A stretch of DNA of 64,000 nt from Desulfobacterales bacterium (GTDB lineage: Bacteria; Desulfobacterota; Desulfobacteria; Desulfobacterales; UBA5852). Where the stretch lies: positions 960,001-1,024,000 of the forward strand of contig CAXXVS010000002.1 of NCBI GenBank assembly GCA_963674755.2, read 5' to 3'. The translations under genes and the position numbers were made by a program. How positions within the stretch are numbered: position 1 is the stretch's first letter; each line of letters starts with the position of its first letter. Under the pieces are notes generated by a model that worked only from the letters and a program-made list of their open reading frames with translations, made no database searches and was not told where the DNA came from. Below are positions 49,701 through 60,202 of the stretch, piece by piece.

Positions 49701-51623
49701 TCAGTTAACCGTTTCGGCCGATTGTGGGTGATAATCCGGAAGAATCTGCAGCAAGGTCTGGCGAATACCAGCGGGATCTTGGGCCTTGGCCAGTCCGTAT
49801 AGGCTGTCAATATTTTCCTTTAAGGTCGTCAGATCGCAGGTGGTTCCCTCCAGTACAAGGATCTTATTATGGGGCGTCGGCAATACGCCCTCCCCTTCCG
49901 TAACCAACTCTTCATATAGCTTTTCACCAGGTCTGAGCCCGATATAGTCAATTTTGATGTCCACATCCGGCTCAAACCCGGATAGACGGATCAGATCGCG
50001 GGCCATATCGTCAATTTTGATGGGGATCCCCATATCTAATATATAAATTTCATTGCCATTCCCCATGGCACCGGCTTGAAGAATCAATTGGCAAGCTTCC
50101 GGAATCGTCATGAAAAACCGAGTGACCTCCTTGTGGGTCACTGTGACCGGCCCCCCTTGGGCAATCTGCTTTTTAAACAGGGGAATTACGCTGCCCACAC
50201 TGCCGAACACATTTCCGAAACGAACGATCATGAATTTAGTCTTGATACCGGGTCCATTTTGGCATTGAACCAAGAGTTCCGCAATTCGCTTGCTGGCGCC
50301 CATCACATTGGTGGGACGAACGGCTTTGTCGGTGGAGACAAAAACGAAACGCTCAGCCTTATATTCGCGCGTTATGCTGACGATCCGGGAAGTCCCGATA
50401 ACGTTGTTTTCAATGGCTCGCCAGGGCTGGAGCTCAAGCATTGGGACGTGCTTGTATGCAGCGGCATGAAAAACGGTTTGGGGACGAAAGCGATGAAAGA
50501 CATTGCGCAATTGATCCTCATCGAGAATATCCCCCAATACGGTGTGATAGATGATCTCGGGATGGAGTCTTTTGAGTTCCAATTCGATTTCATACAGAGG
50601 GCTCTCCGCCCTTTCGAAAAGAATCAAACTCTTCGGCCGGAATCTTGAAACTTGACGGCACAATTCCGATCCGATGGAACCACCGGCCCCGGTTACCAGA
50701 ATAGTTTCATCGTGCAGGTAGGCACCAATCCGATTTTCCTCCAAATGGATCGTTTCCCGGCGCATCAGATCGCGGTAGGCCACCTCGCGGATGGAACTAA
50801 TGGTTACCCGTCCGTCAATAAGTTCACCATAACCGGGTATCGTTTTGAACGGCAATCCGGTTTGTTTACAGGTAGCGACAATTTGCCGCATGACGCCTGA
50901 AGTGGCTGAGGGAATGGCGATAAGGAGTTCCTGTATCTTGAGGCGTTTGATGACCGTGTCGATTTCTTTCAGATCCCCGAGAATCGGGATGCCGTGAATT
51001 TTAAGACCTCGCTTGGCAGGGTTATCATCGATGAATCCGGCGATCTGATAGCGGAGCGAGGCATTGTTTTTTATTTCGCGATAGATTTTTTCGCCGCAAT
51101 TGCCGGCACCGATAATGAGAAGTTTTTTCTGACCGGATTGTTCTTTATGCAACAAATGCATAAATCCCATTGATACGCGACCGGTTTCGTTGTCCTCAAA
51201 AGAGTCATATAACAATCGTACCGTCAGTCGGAATAGGGAAACGAGGAAAATCGTAAAGCACCAATCGATAATGAACACCGACCGCGAAAAACCTTGGAAA
51301 CTTGAACTGCTATGAAAACGCGTGCTGTAGAGTACGATCGTAATGATCGTCAGGGAGCTCAAGCTGGAAGCTTTTATGATATTAAATAGATCGGCAAGCC
51401 CGGTATAGCGCCACATGCCCCGATAAAGATCGAACCAGTAGAAGAGGACCAATTTAATGGCGATGACAACTGGGAGGATCCGCCAGAAGGCGGATTGAAA
51501 ATAGGGCGGAATATTGAAATCGAAACGAACCAGATGCGCACTGTAAAGCGAGGCTGAAAAAAGCAGAACATCGACCGCCATCACGATGACGAGATTGCGA
51601 TATAGAAAGAATGGTCTTTTCAT
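49701..51623 (-). CDS. Membrane-bound UDP-GlcNAc 4,6-dehydratase (CapD/PglF/WbpM family)
   Basis: N-terminal TM segments with LYRGMWRY, then IIGAG..G, VTGAGGSIGSELCRQ, HAAAYKHVP, STDKAVRPTNVMGASKR, VRFGNV.GS.GSV and GLRPGEKLYEEL. Start at MKRPFF. Confidence 0.93.
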   Translation of the reverse strand: MKRPFFLYRNLVIVMAVDVLLFSASLYSAHLVRFDFNIPPYFQSAFWRILPVVIAIKLVLFYWFDLYRGMWRYTGLADLFNIIKASSLSSLTIITIVLYSTRFHSSSSFQGFSRSVFIIDWCFTIFLVSLFRLTVRLLYDSFEDNETGRVSMGFMHLLHKEQSGQKKLLIIGAGNCGEKIYREIKNNASLRYQIAGFIDDNPAKRGLKIHGIPILGDLKEIDTVIKRLKIQELLIAIPSATSGVMRQIVATCKQTGLPFKTIPGYGELIDGRVTISSIREVAYRDLMRRETIHLEENRIGAYLHDETILVTGAGGSIGSELCRQVSRFRPKSLILFERAESPLYEIELELKRLHPEIIYHTVLGDILDEDQLRNVFHRFRPQTVFHAAAYKHVPMLELQPWRAIENNVIGTSRIVSITREYKAERFVFVSTDKAVRPTNVMGASKRIAELLVQCQNGPGIKTKFMIVRFGNVFGSVGSVIPLFKKQIAQGGPVTVTHKEVTRFFMTIPEACQLILQAGAMGNGNEIYILDMGIPIKIDDMARDLIRLSGFEPDVDIKIDYIGLRPGEKLYEELVTEGEGVLPTPHNKILVLEGTTCDLTTLKENIDSLYGLAKAQDPAGIRQTLLQILPDYHPQSAETVN

Positions 51624-51628
51624 AGCGG

Positions 51629-52624
51629 TTATAGAGAATCCGAGGAATGCACCCGATCGGCTCTGTGGTGCAGGATGACACTGGTGGCGACGAAAAGCAA
51701 TCCCATTACCATGATCCCGGCCAATAGTGCCGCCGTGCCGAAATTTTGAAGCGCGATCACAATGGCGCCGATCAAAACTTGTATAATGCCGTAACCGACG
51801 GAAACTTTCCAGTGGGGCAGTCCCAATTCGTTGACCAGCACTTGGTAAAGGTGGCGACGATGGGCCACCAGGATCTGATCGCCCTCCACGATGCGTATCC
51901 CGAAGGTCGTTGCGGCGTCCGCATAAATGAGAAAGAAAAAAGCGGCACACGTTACGACACCGAGCAAAGTTGCGTTGGAACGCCAGGCGATCGCCGCAAA
52001 CAAGAATCCCAGAAAAACGCTGCCCGTATCTCCCATAAAGACTTTGGCACGGGGAAGGTTAAAAGGCAGAAATCCGATGCAGGCCGCAACCATACAAAGA
52101 TCGAGCAAAATGAACGGGGCGGGAGTACCCTGCAACAGGCCATAGATCGCCAACAACCCGAAGCCAACCGAAGCGGAGATACCGGCAATCCCATTGATGC
52201 CGTCCATGAAGTTAAAAAAATTGGCCGTCCCCGCAATAAACAATGTTCCCATGATAATGCTCAACAGCGGCGGCAAGGCGGCCGGACCGAAAAGCGGATT
52301 CGCCCCTAAGAGCACGACGATGGCGCAGCCAAGCTGCATCAGCAAACGCTTGGATTTTGACAACTCCATGCGGTCATCCACCAGGCCGATTAGAGAAATG
52401 ATGCTGGCGGGACCCCACAGCGTGATCGGAATGGCGTTTAGCAGACTGACCAAGACAAAAGCGCAAACAATCCCCACGCCCCCGCCTTTTGGTGTGGGAC
52501 GCCTATGGGAACTGCGGTAACCCGGTAGATCCATCAATCCGTAACTGCCGCCAAGCTTTATCACGATCCATGCCCCAAGCGCGCCCAGGCACATGGATAA
52601 CAGACTATAGAAAAGCCAGTTCAT
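51629..52624 (-). CDS. Undecaprenyl-phosphate HexNAc-1-phosphate transferase (MraY/WecA/WbpL family)
   Basis: D.P..RSSH..PTP.GGG, GLVDD, NFFNFMDGING, FNLP.AKVFMGD.GS..LG and AHRRHLYQ. Confidence 0.92.
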   Translation of the reverse strand: MNWLFYSLLSMCLGALGAWIVIKLGGSYGLMDLPGYRSSHRRPTPKGGGVGIVCAFVLVSLLNAIPITLWGPASIISLIGLVDDRMELSKSKRLLMQLGCAIVVLLGANPLFGPAALPPLLSIIMGTLFIAGTANFFNFMDGINGIAGISASVGFGLLAIYGLLQGTPAPFILLDLCMVAACIGFLPFNLPRAKVFMGDTGSVFLGFLFAAIAWRSNATLLGVVTCAAFFFLIYADAATTFGIRIVEGDQILVAHRRHLYQVLVNELGLPHWKVSVGYGIIQVLIGAIVIALQNFGTAALLAGIMVMGLLFVATSVILHHRADRVHSSDSL

Positions 52625-52671
52625 TCAGATGGACCAATGTCTACTTTTGTGAGGGGGTGCGGGCGGGTTTC

Positions 52672-53370
52672 TCACAACGGGAACATCTCGTCTGGCGTCA
52701 TCGACATCCGCAGTATGTGAAACGCTTCGGCATAGCCCATTCCGGCCTGACTTCCCCTAAACAGCGCCAGTGCCTTCAGCGCCTCGATGGATCTAGATTG
52801 AGGGAACGTCTGCAGTTGGCTCTGATAGCACTGCATGGCATCGACCTTTAGGTCGATGTAATCCGAGATGTCGATGCACCAGTTGGGCGTAAAATTCGGT
52901 TCGAGATGCGGCGCGTTCCAGTGGGTTTCCGAAATGGTCTCATAGGCAGCGCAAATCTTGATGCCACGTCCCACATCCACCGGACGGGAAGCTACCATGC
53001 AGGCTTCAAACACCATTCGATGATCCACATGACGATCCACGTAGGGTATCAGGAGGACATCCGGTGCGACTTTCTTAATGATGTTGAACACCATGCCGTT
53101 GAATTCCGGTACATCGATTTTACCCAGCAAGACAGCCGGGTTGTCCAGGAAAATGGATTCTTTGACGCCTATCAGACGGTGGGCCTGTTTGGCTTCTTCA
53201 ACCGTGCGTTCATGAACCTCTTCGGGATAAAGGGGCGGCATATGAGCGGCAATGGTGCCGACGGTCACATCCCCGCCCTGTCTAGCAAAACGCGCCATGG
53301 TGCCGGCTGTTCCAAGTACCTCGTCATCCGGATGGGGGGCAATAACCAGCAAGTGCGGCGTGTCTCTCAT
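52672..53370 (-). CDS. PIG-L/LmbE family de-N-acetylase
   Basis: APHPDDEVLG, D.HVDH, YET.SET.W, Y.SQ and RG.Q.G..YAEAF. Confidence 0.92.
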   Translation of the reverse strand: MRDTPHLLVIAPHPDDEVLGTAGTMARFARQGGDVTVGTIAAHMPPLYPEEVHERTVEEAKQAHRLIGVKESIFLDNPAVLLGKIDVPEFNGMVFNIIKKVAPDVLLIPYVDRHVDHRMVFEACMVASRPVDVGRGIKICAAYETISETHWNAPHLEPNFTPNWCIDISDYIDLKVDAMQCYQSQLQTFPQSRSIEALKALALFRGSQAGMGYAEAFHILRMSMTPDEMFPL

Positions 53371-53387
53371 GTTCTCACCTTTTGCCT

Positions 53388-54338
53388 TTAATAAACGTCG
53401 CTATCGCCCTGACTGAAATGCCAGGGGATCGCTTTAAGAGTTTTATCCGATTCAATGACGGGCTTAAAAAAAATAAAGCGTTCCGGGTGTTCGATCTGAA
53501 ATCCACAGGCCGCATAAAGCGATTCATCCATGTGGCCTTTGGACAGCCAACACGTAAGCGTACCGGCACCTGAACGTACGGCGAAATCATGGCAGAAACG
53601 CAGTGCGTCCTCTACGAGTGAAGGTTGGGTATCGGCGACATGCAGCTCGCAGATATGAACCAAACGTTTGTCACCCTCGGAATAAAATTTGAGAACCAAT
53701 AAGCCTTGATCGTTGTCGATCAGAAAACGGTGATACGTGCAATCCGGTTTACGGTAGCGCCAATTCAGGTAATCCGCATCACGATGCACACCGACCGGAA
53801 AGGAGCAACGGTTCCAGATGTCGGTGGCCCGGACGTCGAAGGATTCGACGTTTTGATAGCTGTGGCGAAACGGCTTGCGGGCGGGCTCCACAACCGAGGC
53901 ACTGCGCAAGGGGACCCGCATCAATTCGGTCCAGCCGGCTCGGCGGAAGCTTTTTTCCGAATTCGGATTGGGGAGAATATAGGCCAGCTCACCGGCATCG
54001 GTCATGTCCTGCCAGCAACGGAAACCGTGCTGGTGTGCAAGGCCCTTACCGCGATAGGCAGGATCCGTCATGATATCCACCATGGTGCGGCCCTTCCTTA
54101 CTTCGCCGTTGACCCGAATCGCCCGGGGCAAGGTCGCAATCATGGAAACAAGCCCGATGGCCGAGCGGATCACATAAACGTTTGCCGTCCCCAAAGGGTT
54201 TTTGAAAAATTGCCACTCGACAAGGCTTCGTGTCGTCTGTACATGGGGCATGCAGGTTTGCCGCAGGGCAATAATCTGATCAATGTCTTCATGCGTGGCC
54301 AATTCAATGGTTGGGTTTTCCATTATCCGATTTCCCAT
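53388..54338 (-). CDS. GNAT family N-acyltransferase
   Basis: WQFFKNP.G, DIMTDPAYRGKG (acetyl-CoA loop), PNPNS, R...YLNWRY and C-terminal GDSD. Confidence 0.8.
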   Translation of the reverse strand: MGNRIMENPTIELATHEDIDQIIALRQTCMPHVQTTRSLVEWQFFKNPLGTANVYVIRSAIGLVSMIATLPRAIRVNGEVRKGRTMVDIMTDPAYRGKGLAHQHGFRCWQDMTDAGELAYILPNPNSEKSFRRAGWTELMRVPLRSASVVEPARKPFRHSYQNVESFDVRATDIWNRCSFPVGVHRDADYLNWRYRKPDCTYHRFLIDNDQGLLVLKFYSEGDKRLVHICELHVADTQPSLVEDALRFCHDFAVRSGAGTLTCWLSKGHMDESLYAACGFQIEHPERFIFFKPVIESDKTLKAIPWHFSQGDSDVY

Positions 54339-54453
54339 GGGGGCGTTCTGGCCGAATCAACATACGCTGGTGGACAACGCTTGATTATAAATCACTTGAT
54401 CCGCTTATACCCAAAAGCGACCTTTGCTCCACTACCGATAAAACTAACTGATA

Positions 54454-55446
54454 TCAAAAGGTATGATGCTTCCCGGTTATGATTGCAGCCTGCCAGCCGC
54501 GCTTGAGGTCATATTGGGGGTGGAAGCCTATCTGGCGGCATAGCAAGTCGCCCCGAGCCGCAACATCTTCCATGACCTTATCCACCAGAAGACGCAATTT
54601 GGGGGTTGGCAGCTGGAGTGTTTCGGTTAATCGATCGGCCAAGCCTGCCATTATTTGCACCGGGCGGCGGGGCAAACGCAAGCGGGGTGGTCTCTTGCCC
54701 AAAGCATGGGCAATGGCTGTAACAACCTCGTTCAGGGTGTGGATTCGGTCATCGGTGACATTGAAAATAGCGCTCGCCGCGTTGGGATGTTCGGCTGCCA
54801 GAATGGCGGCCCGCACAAGATCGTCGATGTAAATCATTGTGCGACGATTCTGGCCGTCGCCGACCGGAAAAAATAGTCCACGGCGGATGGCCTTTACAAG
54901 GGTTTGATAGTTGCCCTGCAGCCGCGGGCCGTAAACAGCGGCAAGCCGTAGTACAACGACCGAAGAATGCAGGCTGTCCATAAAAATCTTGCGAACCCCC
55001 TCTTCCGACTGCGTCTTTGTTTCGGCATAGAGTGATTGGGGATTGAGCATTGACGATTCCGTATGGGGGGCACTGCCGAAACTAGGGCCGTAAACACTGA
55101 TGGTGCTGAAATGCACCATGCGTCTAACTCCGGCATCGAGAGCAGCCCAGGCCACGTTCATGGCCCCATCAACATTGATCCGGCGGTATTCCTCCGACTG
55201 GTTCGGAGAGGGGTTGTTGAGATGTAATTTGGCCGCCAAGTGAAAAACGACATCAACGCCGTCCATAGCCGGTCTAACAGAATCAAAGTCCACAATGTTA
55301 CCGCTAAAACGCTCAACCGCAGCCGCGAAAAGCGACGGATCGGAGGCACGGCGGGCCAGAGTCCTGACCGTCCAGTTTTCCGCCAGCAATTGATTCACGA
55401 GAGCCGGCCCGATCATCCCGGTTGCGCCTGTTACCAAAGCACGCAT
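54454..55446 (-). CDS. NAD-dependent epimerase/dehydratase
   Basis: VTGATGMIG, VFHLAA, ST.SVYG, YAETK (YxxxK) and VYGP. Confidence 0.92.
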   Translation of the reverse strand: MRALVTGATGMIGPALVNQLLAENWTVRTLARRASDPSLFAAAVERFSGNIVDFDSVRPAMDGVDVVFHLAAKLHLNNPSPNQSEEYRRINVDGAMNVAWAALDAGVRRMVHFSTISVYGPSFGSAPHTESSMLNPQSLYAETKTQSEEGVRKIFMDSLHSSVVVLRLAAVYGPRLQGNYQTLVKAIRRGLFFPVGDGQNRRTMIYIDDLVRAAILAAEHPNAASAIFNVTDDRIHTLNEVVTAIAHALGKRPPRLRLPRRPVQIMAGLADRLTETLQLPTPKLRLLVDKVMEDVAARGDLLCRQIGFHPQYDLKRGWQAAIITGKHHTF

Positions 55447-55451
55447 GGATC

Positions 55452-56222
55452 TTAACCTCTCACCCGGCGCAGTACAGCTAATTTCCAGAACCCTTTCGAT
55501 ATGAAAAAACGCGCCATACTACGGAAATGCCATTGCAAATATTTCAGACTGTGATGGCTATCACCGCGTCCATCATGCACTGCCCTGGCATCCAAGCATT
55601 GAAGTACGGGCATGTTGGCCATCTTCAGGCGTGCGCAGATATCGACATCTTCATAGTATAGGAAATAGCGCTCGTCGAAACCCTGGATCCTCCCAAAGCA
55701 TTCTCTGGTAAACAGCATGAACATTCCGCCAATCCAGTCGGGTTCGAAGACAGTTTCGGTCTGGGGGTAATCAAGTCCGAGCTGTCCGCCAATGGCCTTT
55801 TTTAGAATGCCCAAAGGAGTCGGGAACCGGCGGGCGCTGTTTTCATGCAATCCGTCCGGATTGACGATCATCGGGCCCGCTACCCCGTTGCCATGTGCCT
55901 TGAGGCAGTCCATTAGGACAGTGAAGGGATTTCCAATGAGACGGATGTCCGGATTCAGCACACCATAATAGTCCCCTCGCGCTTGTTGGAAGGCAAAATT
56001 GTGGTTGGCACCGAACCCCTTGGGATGACGGTTCCGGATGATGCGCAGCGGGAAAGGAAAGTCATGAGGCGTGAAGGAAAGCGGCTCCTCGGTGTTGACG
56101 GTGAAAAGGACTTCGACGGAGACCTGGTTTCCGAGAGCCGCAATATCCTCAAGCAATTGTCGGGCAAGGGCCGCCTGATTGTGAACGACGATTGAGATGG
56201 AAAGTTGGGGGGTATCCGTCAT
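55452..56222 (-). CDS. Glycosyltransferase family 2 (WbbL-like)
   Basis: SIVVHN, GFGANHN, LNPD, GFDERYFLYYEDVD.C.R. Confidence 0.9.
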   Translation of the reverse strand: MTDTPQLSISIVVHNQAALARQLLEDIAALGNQVSVEVLFTVNTEEPLSFTPHDFPFPLRIIRNRHPKGFGANHNFAFQQARGDYYGVLNPDIRLIGNPFTVLMDCLKAHGNGVAGPMIVNPDGLHENSARRFPTPLGILKKAIGGQLGLDYPQTETVFEPDWIGGMFMLFTRECFGRIQGFDERYFLYYEDVDICARLKMANMPVLQCLDARAVHDGRGDSHHSLKYLQWHFRSMARFFISKGFWKLAVLRRVRG

Positions 56223-56240
56223 GTAAACGCGGCAGAACAG

Positions 56241-57320
56241 CTAAAAAAATGGTCCCTTTGTCGGCAGGGGCCGGAAGATGCCGCGTGCCGGAACGAAATC
56301 CATGACTACCTTTTCCGCTTTGCGAAGCCAGAATTCGACACTCAAAAATCTCAATCGGTCAAACACGTAGGTGACTAGATACATGCCAATGAGAAGCACC
56401 GTTGTGTGGAGGATACAATCGACGACGGCGTTGCCCGTCAGGGCCAGCTTCAAATTGATCGTCAGCCCGAATATTACGAAAAACTGCTGAATGAAATAAA
56501 GGGTAACGGGATAGATGCCAAATCGCAAAATCATCGACAGCGGGCGTTTGTCGGCAAATTGGCGGTTTTCCAAAAACAATGTCAGGCACAAGAGAATAAA
56601 CACAACGGCAAAGGTTGCCGCAATGCCATAAGCATTCGTACTCAATTCTTCTGAGCGCTCACAGTACGCATAGAAATACGCCAGATAGGGCGTGCTGGCG
56701 ACAAGCGTAAGGAAGACAATCCACAAGCGGTCATATTGGCTGATCCCCCATTTTGCGATCAGGTAGCCGCCCAGAAAATAAATGCCAAAGGGCCAGATGG
56801 GGGTATGGCCATGATCGGGACGCATCTCAGGCAGGAAAAACCAAAACATAATCAAAGCAAAAGCCCCCAAAAGCCTTACATCGTTCCGCCGGATATAGTT
56901 AAATAGACCGGCAATCGCATAGCAACCGCCGATGAGTTGAAAGATATCCCAGTCAATCCTAAAATTTTGATGGGTAATGATGTCGGCGCACCATGCCATC
57001 AGAAACAAGACAACACCATGGACCATCATGCGGAAAGGACAGCGGTACTTTCTTTCGTACAAAACGATCGCCATGCCCGAGACGGCAACAAACATGGGGC
57101 GGGTGTAGTAGTAGCCGATCATATAGATTTGATGCCCAACGAGGGAATGCTTCAAACCAAATACGATGGTTTGGTGCGGAATGGTCATCATAATGATGGC
57201 GAGCCCGCGAAGGATGTCGAGGGTTTTGATACGACCTTTGGGCAAGGATTTAGAAAAGGACGCGAGCAGCCATTTTGGGAAAGAGGCGGTTGTATCGGTT
57301 GCTGTCTTAGAGGGTGCCAT
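56241..57320 (-). CDS. Membrane acyltransferase-like protein (DUF1624/HGSNAT-type N-terminus)
   Basis: RI..LD.LRGLAII.M...H, P.F..VSG and DIFQLIG, with many TM segments. Confidence 0.7.
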   Translation of the reverse strand: MAPSKTATDTTASFPKWLLASFSKSLPKGRIKTLDILRGLAIIMMTIPHQTIVFGLKHSLVGHQIYMIGYYYTRPMFVAVSGMAIVLYERKYRCPFRMMVHGVVLFLMAWCADIITHQNFRIDWDIFQLIGGCYAIAGLFNYIRRNDVRLLGAFALIMFWFFLPEMRPDHGHTPIWPFGIYFLGGYLIAKWGISQYDRLWIVFLTLVASTPYLAYFYAYCERSEELSTNAYGIAATFAVVFILLCLTLFLENRQFADKRPLSMILRFGIYPVTLYFIQQFFVIFGLTINLKLALTGNAVVDCILHTTVLLIGMYLVTYVFDRLRFLSVEFWLRKAEKVVMDFVPARGIFRPLPTKGPFF

Positions 57321-57381
57321 ATGTTGATTCGATCGATATGATATTCAAATTGTCGCGGGAACTGTCCGCGGTTATCCGATT

Positions 57382-57945
57382 TCAGGACTTTAAGAAAACA
57401 CCAAAGAGGCAATAAAAGGAAAGATGGTGGTTTATCCAGTTTGATTTGAAAGGGGTATAAAAAACAGTGGATTTAATGAAACCATTCCCTTGCATAATAT
57501 CGGTTAGCTTCTTTTCATCATAAAAAACTTTGTGATCGGCATCGCGGCGATAGCCTTTCACCCCGGGAACCCCGATTACCAGCCTCCCGCCGCGTTCGAT
57601 TATCCTGTGGAACTCATCAATAAGATCATCGGGTGAGGCAATGTGTTCAAGCACGTTATCTAAAATGACAGATTGAAAAGTTCCGTTTTCAAAGGGCAGC
57701 CGTCCATTTTCAATCAGTCGCGCATCGAGGCCCTTTTTCCGGCAGTAGGCAACAAGATAGGGGTTGATGTCGGCGCCGATCGTATTGCGGCGGGATTGAA
57801 GCATATCTCCGATACCGCAGCCGACGTCAAGGGTCAATCCCCTTAGGTGGTGACCAAGCCTGGGGTATAGATAGAATTTGCGATACAGCAATGCGCGCCA
57901 ACTTCGTTTCTTCAAATATTCAAAGTATTGTCCGTGTTCAGCCAT
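57382..57945 (-). CDS. Class I SAM-dependent methyltransferase
   Basis: LDVGCGIG, G.DIN, LPF..GTF, VLEHI and GG.L.I.VP. Start overlaps the upstream GT stop. Confidence 0.88.
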   Translation of the reverse strand: MAEHGQYFEYLKKRSWRALLYRKFYLYPRLGHHLRGLTLDVGCGIGDMLQSRRNTIGADINPYLVAYCRKKGLDARLIENGRLPFENGTFQSVILDNVLEHIASPDDLIDEFHRIIERGGRLVIGVPGVKGYRRDADHKVFYDEKKLTDIMQGNGFIKSTVFYTPFKSNWINHHLSFYCLFGVFLKS

Positions 57946-59005
57946 TGATGATCCCAAGTAAATTTTGGGTATTGGCCTCCTGGCGATAATTATCCGGCAA
58001 TAAATTGGGATTTTCGCTTAAAGGCCTTCTGGAAAGGCCGGCTGTTTTGATCATCAAATCGCTAAGCTCGGCATCGTCTTGAAACAAGTACCCGTTTTCC
58101 CCATTGGTAATGAGTTCCGCGTTGCCGTCAATATTCCTGACCAAACACGGCACGCCTAAATAGAGCGCCTCCAATACAGAGCGGGATACACCCTCAGTGA
58201 CAGACGGCAGTACTAAACAATCGGCTCGGGCCATCAGAGCATAAGGGGATTTAAGGTGGCCATGGAAAATTACCTTGTCCTCAATACGCAACTGTTTGGC
58301 AGACCGAACCAAGTCCGGCATCATTTCGCCGTCACCGACAATATCCAGATGATAGGCAATTTCTTTGGATTTTAAAGTCTGGGAAGCATGAAAAATCGTT
58401 TGTATTTTTTTAAGCGCTGTCAGACGGCCGACATAGATAAACCGATAGGGGCCCTTCTTTAAGGCGGAGCGCATTCGGTATGGGTGAAGAAAGCTTTCGT
58501 CAACGAAATTACCCACAATGTGTGGCTGTTTGCCACAATATTGCGCAATCTGATCCGCCATAACGGAATTCATGGCAATGACATGGTTGAACCACCTCAG
58601 AAACCAAAGATGAAAAGCTCCCACAAAAAAACCGAACTTCCCGAAGGCATACTGATAGTTAACGGGTAGATTGCCTCTGATGTAACTGCTCGTTGTGGCG
58701 CAATCAACACAAAAGAGATTTGTGAAATCAGCGGAAAAACAAAAGGATAGCGATACGTTCCTCCTACCCTTCCCTTCCCTACCAATCATCCGTCGGTAGG
58801 CGATGATTTTTTGAATAAGTGATTTGTGATTAGCTAACGAAACGATATTGATTGAGGGTGCGATCGCTGAATCAACACCAGGACCGGATTTAAGGTATAC
58901 AATGGATGTTGGATAATCCCGATTAATGATGTTCGCTAATGCAATAGCGCCTTTTATCGGTCCGGTCGGATGAGGTGATGGAAGGAGAATGAATATTTTT
59001 CTCAT
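57938..59005 (-). CDS. Glycosyltransferase family 4 (GT-B)
   Basis: YVGRL...K, IVGDG and LVLPS..EG...VLEAL..GVP. Confidence 0.9.
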   Translation of the reverse strand: MRKIFILLPSPHPTGPIKGAIALANIINRDYPTSIVYLKSGPGVDSAIAPSINIVSLANHKSLIQKIIAYRRMIGREGKGRRNVSLSFCFSADFTNLFCVDCATTSSYIRGNLPVNYQYAFGKFGFFVGAFHLWFLRWFNHVIAMNSVMADQIAQYCGKQPHIVGNFVDESFLHPYRMRSALKKGPYRFIYVGRLTALKKIQTIFHASQTLKSKEIAYHLDIVGDGEMMPDLVRSAKQLRIEDKVIFHGHLKSPYALMARADCLVLPSVTEGVSRSVLEALYLGVPCLVRNIDGNAELITNGENGYLFQDDAELSDLMIKTAGLSRRPLSENPNLLPDNYRQEANTQNLLGIING

Positions 59006-59062
59006 TGGAATAACGAAATCATTGAGGAAAAGAGTTAATCGCTATCGTCCTATTGCGAGACA

Positions 59063-60160
59063 TCACACAGATTCAAGTAACTCCTCATATCGATTGATGA
59101 CATTCTTGAGCAAGAATTGTTCAGGCAGCAATGTTTCTTTCTGGCCTGAAGAAGGTTTTAATCGGAAGGCATTAAGCATTTCACGCGCTAATATGTCTGC
59201 GTTGCAGGGTTTTACTAAAATCCCCTGCTTTGTATTGGTGATAATGTCACGGATACAGCCCGGGTTGTCAAATGCGATGACTGGTGTCCCGAGTGCAAGG
59301 GATTCCAGTACGACATTAGGTAACCCTTCGTAACGTGATGATAGAACAAAATGATCTGCATGGTAGAAATAAGGATATGGATTATCTTTGAAACCACAAA
59401 GCGATATGAAGCTTGATAGGCCTTTTTGGGAAACGAGCCTTTTTAGCTTCCTTTTTAAAGGACCGTCCCCCAATATTGACAGATGAAGGTTTAACCGTTC
59501 TTTCGAAATTGATTCCATGGCATCAACAAGTATATCGAACCCCTTTTGAGACGTTAGAGACCCAACAGCTAAAAAATTAACTTTGTTTTTATCAAAAGGA
59601 TTTTTATAATCATTTGACAATTTTTTTATGTAGTCAATGTCAACGGGATTTCCTATATTCAGTATAACTTTAGATGGGACACGAAAATGGTTTATTAGAT
59701 CGTCTCTCATTGAATTTCCCAAGCAAATGACTCGGTCAGCTTTTGAATAAAATAGTTTTATAAGCAACGCAAATAATTTTGGAGATCTTTCACGATTTAA
59801 TAAAAAAGATGGCAAATTACTTTCTCGAATAAATACTTTTGTATTTCTGGGGAAAAGAGGCTTTAGTAAAATAAAGGCGAGATTGAGATGAAATAGGCTT
59901 GTTAATATAATATCTGGCCTTAGCTTCCAAACGGTCTTTAGTATAGGAAAAAAAGAGCGGCTTACGCGTTTTCGATTAAACGAAAATAAAGCAACATCAT
60001 TCGGTATCCTATTAAAAAGAGGCCCATCACTATCAATCAATGCTAAAAAAAGTGTAAATCTATTTCTTGAAAGATGCTTGATAATGGTAAGTAAAACTTT
60101 TTCGGCCCCTCCACACTGAGAAGAAGGTAGAATAAATAAAATTTTTGTTCGTTTATTCAA
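59063..60160 (-). CDS. Glycosyltransferase family 4 (GT-B)
   Basis: GGAEKV, VG.L..QKGFD.L, ILGDG and FVLSSRYEGLPNVVLES.A.GTPVI. Confidence 0.92.
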   Translation of the reverse strand: MNKRTKILFILPSSQCGGAEKVLLTIIKHLSRNRFTLFLALIDSDGPLFNRIPNDVALFSFNRKRVSRSFFPILKTVWKLRPDIILTSLFHLNLAFILLKPLFPRNTKVFIRESNLPSFLLNRERSPKLFALLIKLFYSKADRVICLGNSMRDDLINHFRVPSKVILNIGNPVDIDYIKKLSNDYKNPFDKNKVNFLAVGSLTSQKGFDILVDAMESISKERLNLHLSILGDGPLKRKLKRLVSQKGLSSFISLCGFKDNPYPYFYHADHFVLSSRYEGLPNVVLESLALGTPVIAFDNPGCIRDIITNTKQGILVKPCNADILAREMLNAFRLKPSSGQKETLLPEQFLLKNVINRYEELLESV

Positions 60161-60202
60161 GTATTTATTTTCGCATTGTTATAATGATTAAAATATTCTT
60201 TA

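Noticed and set aside
51624..51950. N-terminal extension of the CapD-like ORF
   Set aside because: It overlaps the upstream transferase gene in another frame. ATG 51623 just after that stop is the plausible start.
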